Source of the DNA: Malacoraja senta
Lineage: Eukaryota
Assembly: GCA_038087875.1 (NCBI GenBank)
Contig: CM075981.1
Coordinates: forward strand, 1,674,001 to 1,738,000
Reading direction: 5' to 3'
Length of the DNA stretch: 64,000 nucleotides
The notes below the pieces were generated by a model. That model worked only from the letters and a program-made list of their open reading frames with translations, was not told the DNA's origin and did not search any database. The position numbers and the translations under genes are program-made. This document shows, in pieces, positions 48,801 to 61,200 of this stretch. The number at the start of each line of letters is the position of its first letter. Position 1 is the first letter of the stretch.

Positions 48801-50848
48801 AACACCTTGCCATTGATGGGGTCACGCACCAACAATTCGCTGGCGCAGAATGTGAGAAAAGTCTTGAATCAGACCGAAAACAGCGAACTGAGTTAACTCA
48901 ATCAATCAATCAATCAATCAACCGTTATTGTCATTTTAAACATTTCACACATAAATAAAAACAATAAAAACACTCCAAAATAATAATAATCAATAAATAA
49001 ATATATAAATAAAACAATCCAGTCCCTGATAAAAACAATACGAATAGCTAAAAAGTGCAGGTAAAAAAACAGCAACATTAAAATACAAGTAAACACATTC
49101 ATAAATAACTGACGCTCCCTTACACATTGAACCTTGAAAACATTGTTTTTTTAAATTATCCCTGAATATTCCATCATAATACAGTCATGAAAGTGGGAAC
49201 ACTTTGTTATTTATCTTGTTACAATTGAAATAGGTCTGGCTTTCTATCACACTCTTGCGATAGGAAATAAGAATATTAATAAAACGCACGCCGCTATTAG
49301 CGAACCTTTAACCGATTTTTCGAACACACACCATCCACACACCTACCGCGTTAATCCAAGTAATATCGAGGGGGCGAGATTAAGCATTAACATTTTTAAT
49401 TTATTTTATTACTTGGCCTCATCCGTTTCCATATTTATTGTCCCACCTCCCTTCCACCATTAGAATTGATCCCTTTTAATTAATCTATCCATATGGATTT
49501 TATTATAATCTTCCTTGCAGCTGCATTTTCTTTCTTCCAGGGTATTACACTGTTCTTTGTATCTTTCACACATCCACAGTGTTCCCTTTCCCGTGACTCC
49601 CAGTCTGAAGAAGGGTCTCGACCCGAAACGTCACACATGGGGTCATGCAGCAAAGATTCGGTGGCGCAGAAAGTGAGAAACCAGCCTTGAATTCAACCGA
49701 ATACACCGAACTGTCTTAACTGACGCTCCCTTACACATTGAACCTTGAAACCTCTCCCGCTGTGTTTCGCCAGCATTGTGTGTCACTGAATTCACTGCTC
49801 CATCTGCTGACTTATTTCTCTGTCTTCTCCGAATCCATTTAACCGTCTAATCTCTGATACCCAGTATTGTAGATATGCTCCAGCAAAGAGGTCAGTAATT
49901 GGTGATCATAGGTTGTCCCCCCCCCCCCCCCAGTCCAACACCCGTTCTTTCTCCAAGATGATCTCCATTGGCTCTGCTGCTTCGCCCCGCTCCACTTCAC
50001 TAAGATTATGAAGCAAATAACAGGTAAATGTTTCAAAGATAAATCGTCACGTTTCCTCCCATTGATTCTGTATCTCTTGCCCTTTGCCCAGTTACATCTC
50101 ATGGAATGTGGGGCGCTGGTTGTTCTTTCTCCTGCTTGTGCTCTGGAGTATCTCAACCGCGGTGTTCACAAGAGGCTGTAAGGTAGGTTTTATTATCATC
50201 ATGTTCATAAATTATAGGAGCAGAATTGGTCCATTCAGCCCATTATATATAATCCGCCCCCAATCACGACTATTCTAGCCTTCGCTCCCGATCCATCCTC
50301 CTGCCTTCACCCTATAACCCTTGACATCCTTATTTATGAGGAATATGAAAATCTCCGGCTTAAAAATATCAATTGATTTGGATAGGTACAAAAATACTGG
50401 AGTAACTCAGCGGGACAGGCAGTATCTCCGGAGTGGATTGATATGGCCTCCACAGCCTCCTATGGTAATGAAATCCATTGATTCACCACCCTCTGCCCAA
50501 AACAATCCATTCTCTTCGCCGAATGTATCCAAACGGTTTCCATTAATGCTTTCAAATATCCTGTCCATTGATATAAACAAAAGTCGTGCACGTTTTCATA
50601 ACCTGAAGTTAAACCAAATCACTATGTAGATGATATCATGTGGTTTTGTCAGGTTGTACGTGTGCTGGGTGGATTTCTGTGCGCGGTGTGGATTCGTTGG
50701 GGTCCATCTTCCAGACAGCCATGTGTTGGGGGTGGTCGGGTCAAATAAAGCGTGGTTCCCACTGTCAGTGAGTCTGATGACTTCACATTGTCTTTTGCAG
50801 AGACGCGATGAATCAGAACCTCGCCACTCGACACACGAATTAGAATGA
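30881..50848 (+). CDS. Gene copy 2: apparently intact six-Ig MDIR-like activating receptor
   Basis: Exons 30881-30917, 33228-33542, 35725-36039, 40560-40874, 42931-43251, 44962-45273, 46441-46761, 47745-47793, 49873-49890, 50092-50182, 50801-50848; open frame throughout. Confidence 0.82.
32449..33158 (+). mobile_element. 5'-truncated L1-clade LINE (ORF2 C-terminus, T-rich 3' UTR, AATAAA, A tail) in intron 1 of copy 2
   Basis: 15-bp TSD caaaatgtatcaatt (32434-32448, 33159-33173); peptide KNLILKFWK..APTIKMW..ERIRF..WSPFIDYL resembles fish L1 ORF2 ends; empty site in copy 1 near 9277-9291. Confidence 0.85.
33228..33542 (+). CDS. Copy 2 V1 exon
   Basis: 315 nt open, GAVWAKWEV...DTGWYSC...VSD. 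Confidence 0.9.
35725..36039 (+). CDS. Copy 2 V2 exon
   Basis: 315 nt open; 11 amino-acid differences from copy 1 V2. Confidence 0.9.
37494..38026 (-). mobile_element. Second CR1 3' end nested inside the older CR1 of copy 2
   Basis: Copy 1 reads gaagatta|gtcaagcatg; copy 2 has 533 bp inserted at that point (ORF 37585-38142). Confidence 0.85.
40560..40874 (+). CDS. Copy 2 V3 exon
   Basis: 315 nt; same peptide as copy 1 V3. Confidence 0.9.
42931..43251 (+). CDS. Copy 2 C2a exon
   Basis: 321 nt; same peptide as copy 1. Confidence 0.88.
44962..45273 (+). CDS. Copy 2 V4 exon
   Basis: 312 nt; one G-to-S change versus copy 1. Confidence 0.88.
46441..46761 (+). CDS. Copy 2 C2b exon
   Basis: 321 nt; same peptide as copy 1. 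Confidence 0.88.
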
Positions 50849-53800
50849 AGACTCCTAGCTTGCACCAACAGTGAGGGAATTCTGCACCGCGATGAAATAT
50901 TTATGCATCATCCTGCTTTGTCAACTGATACCAATTGGACGAATATATGTATCTTGCAATTCAACGAACGGTTTCATGAAAGTGACTTCAAAGCAATGTT
51001 CCAAACTTTCCAAACCATATCTGTTTCCAAAACTCATTTACCGCACTGGTCTTAATGTTTGTCACCTCTTCCAAGGTTTCTTTCATCACCTTCGAACTAT
51101 TGTTTTAACCTCTGCGTGGTTTCTGCTGCTCAAAAGTCTTATACCCTGTTAAAATATATTATATGCATTCAACGTCCTGGAAAAAAATGTTTTCGCTGAC
51201 AAATGAATAATCATGCATCAGGATGCTTCTTAATAAATTTTTGTTGTCAATAAATGGTTTGTCTAATTTGTTTTGTTTAGACTGTAAATTTAGTGTTGAA
51301 GAACAGACTGAAATCAGATTGCTGGAGATTTCTCCTGTTGCCAAACGTTAAAGGCGTTAAGGAATGGCAATGATTAATCTTTCAGACCATGCTATCCCAT
51401 CAGAACAAAACTCCAGATGCTGGTTTAAACTGAAGATAGACATAAATTGCTGGGGTAACTCAGAGTGACAGGCGGCATCTGTGGATATATGAGGTAAGTT
51501 TAGGCGGACTCAGCGGCGGTATTCAACGAATTGATCGCCGATCCTGCGCTTGTTCTCGCTTCTCGGCGATCGCTTCGCTGAACAGCTCCGCTCAGTCGGC
51601 CTAAACCTACCTGACATCCCGGTCAATAGACAATAGACAATAGACAATAGGTGCAGGAGTAGGCCATTTGGCCCTTCGAGCCAGCACCTCCATTCAATGT
51701 GATCATGGCTGATCATCCCCAATCAGTACCCCGTTCCAGCCTTCTCCCTATATCCCCTGACTCCGCAATTTTTAAAAGCCCTATCTATCTCTCTCTTGAA
51801 AGCATCCAGAGAACCTGCCTCCACCGCCCTCTGAGGCATAGAATTCCACAGACTCACCACTCTCTGTGAGAAAAAGTGTTTCCTCGTCTCCGTTCTAAAT
51901 GGCTTACTCCTTATTCTTAAACTATCGCTCCTGGTTCTGAACTCCCCGAATATCGGGAACACGTTTCGCTAAACAGTTTAACTCCCCCTCCCATTCCCAC
52001 ACTGACATTTCTATCCTGGGCATCCTCCATTGTCAGAGTGAGTCCCAGCGCAAATAGGAGGAACAGCACCTGATATTTCGCTAGGGCAGCTTACACCCCA
52101 GCGGTGTGAACATTGACTTCTCTAACTTCAAGTAACCCTTGCTTTCCCTCTCAATCCAGCCCCCCAATTACCAGCTCTCCGATCAGTCTGACAGTCTCCG
52201 ACTACATTTTACCTCTCATTGCTTTGTTGTTATCTTCTCCCAGCTAACAATGATCTATTCTACATTTTCCTTGAGCTTCACCCCCTTTGTCCCGTTTTCA
52301 CACCTTACAATTCCTAATCTAATTATCTCCACCTCCCTTGACTTCAGTCTGAATAAGGGTCTCGATCCGAAACGTCACCCATTCCTTTCATCCATAGATG
52401 CTACCTGTCCCAATGAGATACTCCAGCATGTTGTACAACAATATTTTTTTGATTAAATGATTGAAAGAAACAGCATGGATACTGACCATTTGGCCCACTG
52501 AGTCCACGTCAACCAGCAATCAACCCTTTCACAGTAATGTTGATAAACATTTTATTGCTGCAACGAGTTATTCATTTTGTCCACCGTACAAAAGAGTTAA
52601 TGGACTATAAATAATGGCCAAGGTGGCGCAACGGTAGAGTTGCTGCCTTACAACGCTTGCAGTGCGGGAGACCCAGGTTCGATCCCGACTACGGGAGCTG
52701 TGTGTACGGAGTTTTTACGTTCCACCGTGACCGCGTGATATTTCTCACAGATCTTCGATTTCCTCCCACACTACAAAGACGTACAGGTATGTAGGTTAAT
52801 TGGCTTGCTATAAATGTAAATTGTCCACAGTGTGTGTGGGATAGCGTTATTGTGCGGGGATCGCTGGTCAGTGTGGACTCGGTGGGCCGAAGGGCCTGTT
52901 TCCGCGCTGTATCTCCAAACTAAACTAAACTAAACTAAATTAGTGGAAAGTCTATTCTTGTGCCGAACAAAATGGTTGAGTTGCAGCTTGCAAAGCCCGG
53001 GGTGTGAAACTGCAAATACATTGTGTTGCTTTCTTCAGTCTGACTTGTGACTGTAACCCCGCCCATGAAAGAACTGTGAAGGATGTTGTTTGAATATAAG
53101 AAATGGTGACCTGCAAAAACGGAGTAACCACCATAAAGTTCCGAAAGAGTCAAGGATTGCTTTGGGTAAAATGTCCCACTTACAAAGATAAATATTATCC
53201 ACACAGTAAGCAGGGAGACGAGGAAATGAGACCAGAGGCTGCTTTGAACTCATAAACCCCCATGTTAGGGATATCCGAGGAGTGCTGAATAGCCAGAGAT
53301 ACTTGCAGATTCTGTGTTCACATTGATGCTGCCTGGCCCCTTTCAACTCGAGCTTGTTGATGGTCTAATGGGAGGAATGAACTTGAATTGGATCTTACCC
53401 CACTGCTAGACATCCCAAAGTGCCTCATAGATAGTGAGAGGTAAACAGTCTGAGATGCGACAGATAGACACAAAATACTGGAACAACTCAGCGGGATAGG
53501 CAGCATCACAGCAGGGAAAGAACGGGTGACATTTCGGGTCGATGCCACTATTGTGTTTAGTGATGGGTACTGGCTTGCAATGTACTTTAATCTAATATGT
53601 TCAAACAGTCATTTATTTCTTTACACTGATTTGTTCTGCAGTGCTGACACTTTGCTCGCGCTGCTGAAAAAAAGGGTGTGTAGATTCGTAACTCTGAACA
53701 GCATCTTGCGAGCAGCTCGCTGTAAAACTGTTTGTTGAGAAGTGTTTGCAGTAGTCATGGGTCAAAGGCGAATGTAGACAGAATTCAATTGTTCTGCTGC

Positions 53801-55211
53801 ATCGTCCGTTCCTCTCTGCAGTGTTTTTAGGGGGCAAGTATGCAGGAAATAGCTCCTAACAAAAGATCCTTTACTGAGGGTCGCCAACGCTCAGCTAACA
53901 CCAGTGGCGGACTCATCAGTGTGTTACACCCATACTACGTGATACACAACATTGCCACAGATGTACACAACCAGAATAAACGACACTGTTCCACTAAAAG
54001 TGACACACCAGAACGATAGACGGCAGCAGATATTAGGTTATATTATAATGCAACTAGTTGCCTACAGAATGAATTCGTTGCAAGCAGATGTACAAAATCA
54101 GCCAATGGAATGTACACGAACACAACCCTGATAATGTATTCGCTCTGCATTGTAAAGAAGACAAGTTAATAATTCAATTCGCCGTGCATATTCTACCTTG
54201 CTTTAACTTCACTAAGTGTATCACTTCGCCCTTGTTGAGTTACATTACACATGTCAGTTACACTCCACATCCCGCTTTCCCAGCTGATCTCCATCCTGTG
54301 GTAATTCTAGACAAACTTCTTCACAGTCCTCCAGACCGTTAATTTTCTATTTTCAAAATGTGAATACCATGACAATAGTGTTTCAAATTTGAATTGAAGA
54401 GTTGAAGCAGAGAGGAGAGGGTCAAACTCCAATTAACCTCAGCTGATTTCAGATGAAAATCCCCTACTTCCTAACGCCAGCTTCCTGTTTTGCCCCTTGT
54501 CAACAGTAATAAGCAAAAACAAAAGTTCCAATTATTATATTTTTGATCTGCCGGTCCACTTACAAAATCATCAAGAGGGAATGATCGGGAAGTGTACACA
54601 TCTTAGGCGTTTCTACAATTCTAAATCGTCATATTTTATCCAATGTATCATTGTTTACATGAAGGGGCCCGACCCGAAACGTCACCTAACCATTTTCTCC
54701 AGAGGTGCTGCCTGGCCCGCAGAGTTCCTTATGAATTTTTTTGTCTATCATTATTTCCACCACTTTTCAGTGTTAACAGACTCTGAGTACAGAGATAATC
54801 GCCGCTGCATCCTAACGGATACATCACACTTGACGAAGTGGTTGAAGCAGCTGCAATAACAACATGTAACGAGCACTTGGACAGTTCCACGTATGGGGAA
54901 GGTTTGGGGAGTTTCGGGTTGAACGTGGGAAAATCTGACTAACTTAGATGAGCACATTGGTCTAACGCGTTGGGGAGAAGGGCCTGTTTCCGTGACGTAT
55001 GACTGTGATCATCCGACCCAACCATTTGTTAAATATAACCCTGATCCTTTCACACTGTAACGTGTCGAGCTGCTGCTGGCTCGCTGTGGTTCACGATCTG
55101 AAGTCCTGTTCCCTTCTTCGTCGTTGCTATTCGAGAGATGAGGTTGTATCTGAGAGCTACGAGCTGAGCGACAGACTGACAAGTGCTGACCTCGTCACTG
55201 TGGATAAAACA

Positions 55212-58200
55212 ATGTGGATTCCCATTCTTCTCATCTCCTCGCTGCCGGGTGAGTGAAAGCCAGATCCTGATATTCCAATGATCAATGTTATTTGGCGTCC
55301 CATGCACCCTTTTCACAGCAGAGATAGTTAAGTATGTGTAGACATGTAATGGGGGAGGTGCAACTCAGTGCATTGTGGTGATGGATCTGAAATCACATTT
55401 GAATATCTAGACTATGTTCGTAGTTTAATCACTGTTGACACTTGGTCTAATAGCATCCTGATGATAGTTTATAGGCATAAAATAGCAAATGAATTTGGAG
55501 CAGATACTCCAAGATACCTGGACCGGACATAGGTTGCAGCATCACCAGGAAGTTAATTCTACACTTTTGAAATGTGTTTACAACTTAGGGGGGAGTCGGG
55601 ATTGTGGACTCATTGTGTCAGTTCAAATATTCCCTGCATTTGTCCAACTCAACTCTGTCGCAAACCCAACAATCCCCCGGAGTCTGAGACTGAACCACTG
55701 TCCTCGCCCTATCCACCTACCCCCAACTCTCTCTCCATCCTCTTTCCAATCCGCAACCAAGTCGCGCTGAAATGCAAGTTCAGTTTATTGTCACGTGTAC
55801 CGAGGTACAGTGAAAAGCTTTTTCTTGCGTGCTAACCAGCCAGATACATGATTATAATCGATCCTCTTACAGTGCATAGATACATGAAAGGGAAATAAAG
55901 TTTAGTGTAAGGTAAAGCCAGCGAAGTCCGATCAAGGGTAGTCCGAGGGTCTCCAAAGAGGTAGATGTAGAGCCGTGCATGTTCCTTTAACATGGTGACC
56001 TCACTTCTACTAACCACTCCCCATTAGCTTCAGTATAAATGTAACCTTCCCACCCCTAGCTCGCTCTCTAGCTCCGGTAATGGACCACGAACAGCTAGGG
56101 CAATATGTGTGTATACGAATGCAATGCATGCAATAAACTAGAGTGAAGACACCCTGTGTTTGGACAGTCTTTACATGGTGTCAGAAGTGGGATCAATTCT
56201 CCCGTTTGCAGCGCATGATGCTGCAACTCCAACGCTTCACGTTTCAAATCGTGTACCGCAAGGGCAAGGACATGTTTGTGGCAGACACGCTGTCCCGCGC
56301 ACCGCTGGCTTCTACAGCCCGCCACCCGTACGAGTCATCCGACCTGATGGTGCTAAACGTCAACTTCATGCCCTCCCAGCAGTTGCAGTCCCTGATTCAC
56401 CACACCGCCAATGATCCTGCCCTGCAACAGCTCATAGACGTCATCCGTCGCGGCTGGCCTGACCGTCGCTCACCCTTGCCGGCTGGTGCTGCGCCCTACT
56501 TCCTAGTCCGGGACGAACTTGTGCTGCAGGGAGGCGTGGTGGTGAAGGGCCACAAGGTTGTGGTGCCTGCCGCTCTGCGGGACCACTATTTCCAAACTGC
56601 CCACAACGGCCATCCCGGTGCCGATGCCACCCTGTCCCAGGCCCAGAGCCAATTTTATTGGCCCAGCATGGCACAGGACATCCGGGAGAGGGTCTCTGCC
56701 TGCTCCACCTGCAATACCCTCTCTCCCCACCAGCAACGCCAGCCACTCCTGCAACAGCCTGCCCCCGCCCTGGCGTGGATGGCGGTCGCTACGGACATAT
56801 TTGAGTGGCGTGGCAAACATTTCCTGGTCCTGGTCGACTCTTACTCCAGCTGGTTCGAGATTAAGCGTCTGCACTCCCTCACTTCTGCTGCGGTCATCGG
56901 GACGTTGCAACCCCTCTTTGCAACCTTTGGCATTCCTGTGACTGTGCAGTCTGACAACGGGGGCCAGTTCACGAGTGCTGAGTTCCGCGCATTCGCCGCC
57001 GCCTACAACTTTCGCCACATCACCAGCAGCCCGGAGTACCCGCAGGGCAACGGCCTTGCTGAGCGCGCCGTCCGCAGTGCCAAGGAGCTGCTGGAACATT
57101 GCAGACTGTCGCATTCGGATTTTTATCTCGCTCTACTGAATCTCCGAAATATTAGTCGCGACCCTGCCATGGGCTCACCGGCTCAACGGCTCATGTCCCG
57201 CACCACTCGCCCTCCAATCCCTGTCTCCCAGCGGTCGCTACGGCCCGCAATCCGCAGCCCTGCTGCTGTCCAGAAGCGTATTACCCAGAAACAGGTCGTC
57301 CAGAAGCGCTCCCACGACAAGTCATGCCGTCCCCTTCAGCCCCTCTTCGAGGGCCAGGTCGTCCGGATGCAGTCCCCCTCCGGACACCACCGCTTGGCTG
57401 TTGTCGTCGGCTTTGCCGACTCTCCGCGCTCTTACCTGGTTGACTACGAGGGCACAATCTACCGCCGGTCCCGCCAGCATTTGCTGCCGGTCAACGAGCC
57501 CGCTCCGCCTCCCGCAGCCCCTTTTGCTCCCCCGGTTGCCGCCTCGTTGCCTCCCGCTCCTCTGCCCTCGCAACCCTTGGCGCCCCGTTCTCCGGCTGCT
57601 CCTCCTGCCCCCCCCCCATCAGCCATCTCCCGCTCGCGTGCCCGTTGCGGTGCCATTGTCTCCTCCCCGGTCTCCTCGTTCTCCCCCTCCTGCTCACTCC
57701 CCTTTCGGTTCACCTATCGCCGCTCCTGCCCCGGTGCCCACTCTACCTTCGAAGGGGGGGGGGAGGCGGGCTGCATACCCGCTTCGGGCGTCTGGTCAAG
57801 CCGCCTGAACGTTACGGGGAGTTTGCTTGAATGTTTTAAGTTTTTTCCTGACGATGTACGCGCGGGTTTGTGCCTAGCGTATGAGTCGTGGTCTCACTGT
57901 CATCATTGCTGTTTCCCTTTTCAAGGGGAAGGATGTAGAGCCGTGCATGTTCCTTTAACATGGTGACCTCACTTCTACTAACCACTCCCCATTAGCTTCA
58001 GTATAAATGTAACCTTCCCACCCCTAGCTCGCTCTCTAGCTCCGGTAATGGACCACGAACAGCTAGGGCAATATGTGTGTATACGAATGCAATGCATGCA
58101 ATAAACTAGAGTGAAGACACCCTGTGTTTGGACAGTCTTTACAGTAGATAGTTCAGCACTGCTCTCTGGTTGTGGTAGGATGATTCCGATGTCTGAGTAC

Positions 58201-61200
58201 AACTGCGAAGGAACTGTCCCCGAATCTGGCGGTGTGCGTTTTCACGCTAATAACGCTCTCCGATAATGTACCCGCTTTATTGTAGTTCGTCCGTCCTCTG
58301 TGTCCTCAGTCAGGGCTTTGTAAAGGCAGTGAATGTCTAAACACGGGTCCGCCTTTCCGCGGCCGGGTGGGACTACAGGGGTACCAGGCGCTGTTCGCGG
58401 GCACCTGGGGGATTTCCGGGACATCTGGGCACCGCCTCTGGTTGAATACATCCTTGACAAGTATTGTTACATAGTTGTATAGTTGTTTATTTCGTTTATT
58501 TGTTTCTCTTGTATTATGGTGGTGGGTTCTGTTTTGTTTTATTGTATCGTAAGTATTATTTTCAATAATTAAATTAATTATTTGATAATATTTTTAAAAA
58601 AACACGGGTCCGGCCCAGTGTCGGTTGAGAGATGAATGTTGGCAGCGCAGCCGGCGGCACCGCCAATTAAATAGCAAAGTGGGTGCTATTTAATTAAATA
58701 GCCTGTGATTGTTGGAAGGCAGCTCCTGCAACACTGCCGCGCTCCCTCAGAACCGCACTGCGATCCCAGCCCAGTTTCTGCTCAGGGATCTGGAGTGGGA
58801 AGTGAACCCAAATTGTACTGACCCGCGGACAGAACATTGACACAACTGGTACAATAACAGCACTGTCTGCACTTCAGACCGGAGACATTGGTCGTGAAGC
58901 AATATGACACATTATGGAACGTTTTACGTTTTCTTTCATGTAATCTTCAAAATGTATCAATTCTGGGTAAATATTTTTAGTATAATATCTAAAGTGACCA
59001 GCACACAAGTGGACCCGGATCCAAAATTTATAATACTCGGAACATCAGAATTAAATCAAACATTTACAACAACACAAAGAAACTTTATTGATTATAGTAT
59101 AATAACAGGAAAAAATTTAATTCTAAAATTTTGGAAAGGCCCTACGGCCCCCACAATCAAAATGTGGATTATAGAAATGACGGTGACCTTAAACGTGGAA
59201 AGAATCAGATTTTCCCTGTTGGACAAACAGGAATTATTCGTTGGAACATGGTCTCCCTTTATTGATTATTTAAAGGGTCAGAATGGTTCAGCACGGGAAC
59301 CTGACTAATGCTCGGGCTAAAGAATGGATGAAATGTTATACTCTGAAATGTACGAATATATCTCGAATTAAGTTTTTTATTTTAATAATTTTTTCCATTC
59401 TTCTTTAACTATCTTTCTCTTTTTTTTTTTGTTTTTTGTTTTGTTTTTTGTTTTTTTTGTTTGTTTTTTTCTCTTTTTCTTCTCTCTCTTTTCTTTCTTT
59501 ACTTCATCTATCTTTTTAGTTCTATCTAGTTAAAAAAAAAAAAAAAAAAGACAAAAGGTATTGGAGACAATGTAATAATAATGGATAATATTATCAATTC
59601 AAAAATGTAAGCCTGTAATGATGTTAATAGGTTATGTACTTATCTCCAATAAAAAATATTTTCCAAAAAAAACAAAATGTATCAATTACCATTAAACAGT
59701 TAATTTGCTCTCCATCTGAAAGTTTCTCCGCTCAGTTTCAGGTGCAGTGTGGGCAAAGTGGGAAGTAAAAGGAGTTGTGGGAAGAGAGATCACAATCGAT
59801 TGTCACTATGCAGCAGAGTACCGCTCACACACAAAATACTGGTGCCGTGGGAGGAGTCGATCGTGTAGAGTTTTAGTGGAAACAAATGGGCAACACGGAC
59901 GGAGTGGAAGAGTGTCAATCACAGATAACCCGGCTCGAGGAATATTTACTGTGACTGTGGAGGATCTTCACTCTGAAGATACAGGATGGTACAGCTGTGG
60001 AATTTCAACATCAGCCGACCATCCAATATTTAACGTTTTACTCGAAGTATCTGACGGTATGTTTCGCAGCGAATGACTTGACGTCTCCAGCAGAAAGACA
60101 ATACAGGATTACAATCGATCCTCTTACAGTGCATAGATACATGAAAAGGAAATTACGTTTAGTGTAAGGCGAATCCAGCAAAGTCCGATCAAGGGTAGTC
60201 CGAGGGTCATCAAAGAGATAGATAGTTCCGCACTACTCTCTGGATGTGGTAGGATGATTCAGATGCCTGACAACAGCTGTGAAGAAATTGTCCCCGAATC
60301 TGGCGGTGTGCGTGTTCACGCTAGTAACGCTCTCCGGTAAGGGACCTGGAGGTGGGTGGTGAGTGGGCGAGTGGTGAGTGGGTGAGTGGTTGGGTGAGTG
60401 GGCAGATGCATGGCAGATGAAGTTTAATGTGGATAAATGTGAGTTTATCCACTTTAGTAGCAAAATCAGGAAGGCAGATTATTATCTGAATGTTGTCAGG
60501 TTGGGAGAAGGGGAAGTACAAAGAGATCTGGGGGTCCTTGTTCATCACTCACTGAAAGTAAGCATGCAGGTACAGCAGGCAGTGAAGAAAGCTAGTGGCA
60601 TGTTGACCTTAATAACAAGAGGAGTTGAGTACAGGAGCAAAGAAGTCCTTCTGCAGTTGTACATGGCCCCAGTGAGACCACACCTGGATTATTGTTTGCA
60701 GTTTTGATCTCCAAATTTGAGGAAGGACCTTCTTGCTATCGAGGGAGTGCAGTGTATGTTGAGGGAGTGCAACAAGGTTAATTCCCGGGATGGCGGGACT
60801 GTCATCTGTTGATTGAATGGTGCGGCTGCGCTTGTATACTCAGGAATTTAGAAGGATGAGATGGGATGTTATTGAAAAATATAAGATTATTAAGGGATTG
60901 GACACGCGAGAGGCAGGAAACATTTTCCCGATATTAAGAATAATGGATAGGCCATTTAGAACGGAGATGAGGAAAAACGTTTTCACCCAGAGAGTTGTGA
61001 ATCTGTGGAATTATCTGCCTCAGAAGGCAGTGGAGGCCGATTCACTGGATGCATTGAAAAGAGAGTTAGATAGAGCGCTTTGGGCTTGCGGAATCAAGGG
61101 GTATGCGGAAAGGCAGGAACGGGGTACTGATTGTGGATGATCAGCCATGAACACATTGAATAGCGGTGCTGGCTCGAAGGGCTGAATGGCCTACACCTGC

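Larger units (their letters stand above)
55966..58143 (+). mobile_element. Internally deleted Ty3/Gypsy LTR retrotransposon (2,178 bp) retaining only integrase
   Basis: 210-bp LTRs TGTAGAG...CTTTACA at 55966-56175 and 57934-58143 that look identical; TSD GTAGA (55961-55965, 58144-58148); PBS at 56176-56193; PPT at 57923-57933; absent at the same site in copy 2. Confidence 0.95.

Noticed and set aside
56143-56214. N-terminal extension of the 607-aa ORF, and its C-terminal read-through into the 3' LTR
   Set aside because: The ORF starts at a GTG inside the 5' LTR and reads through the PBS; these residues and the final LTR-encoded ones have no integrase character and are probably incidental.
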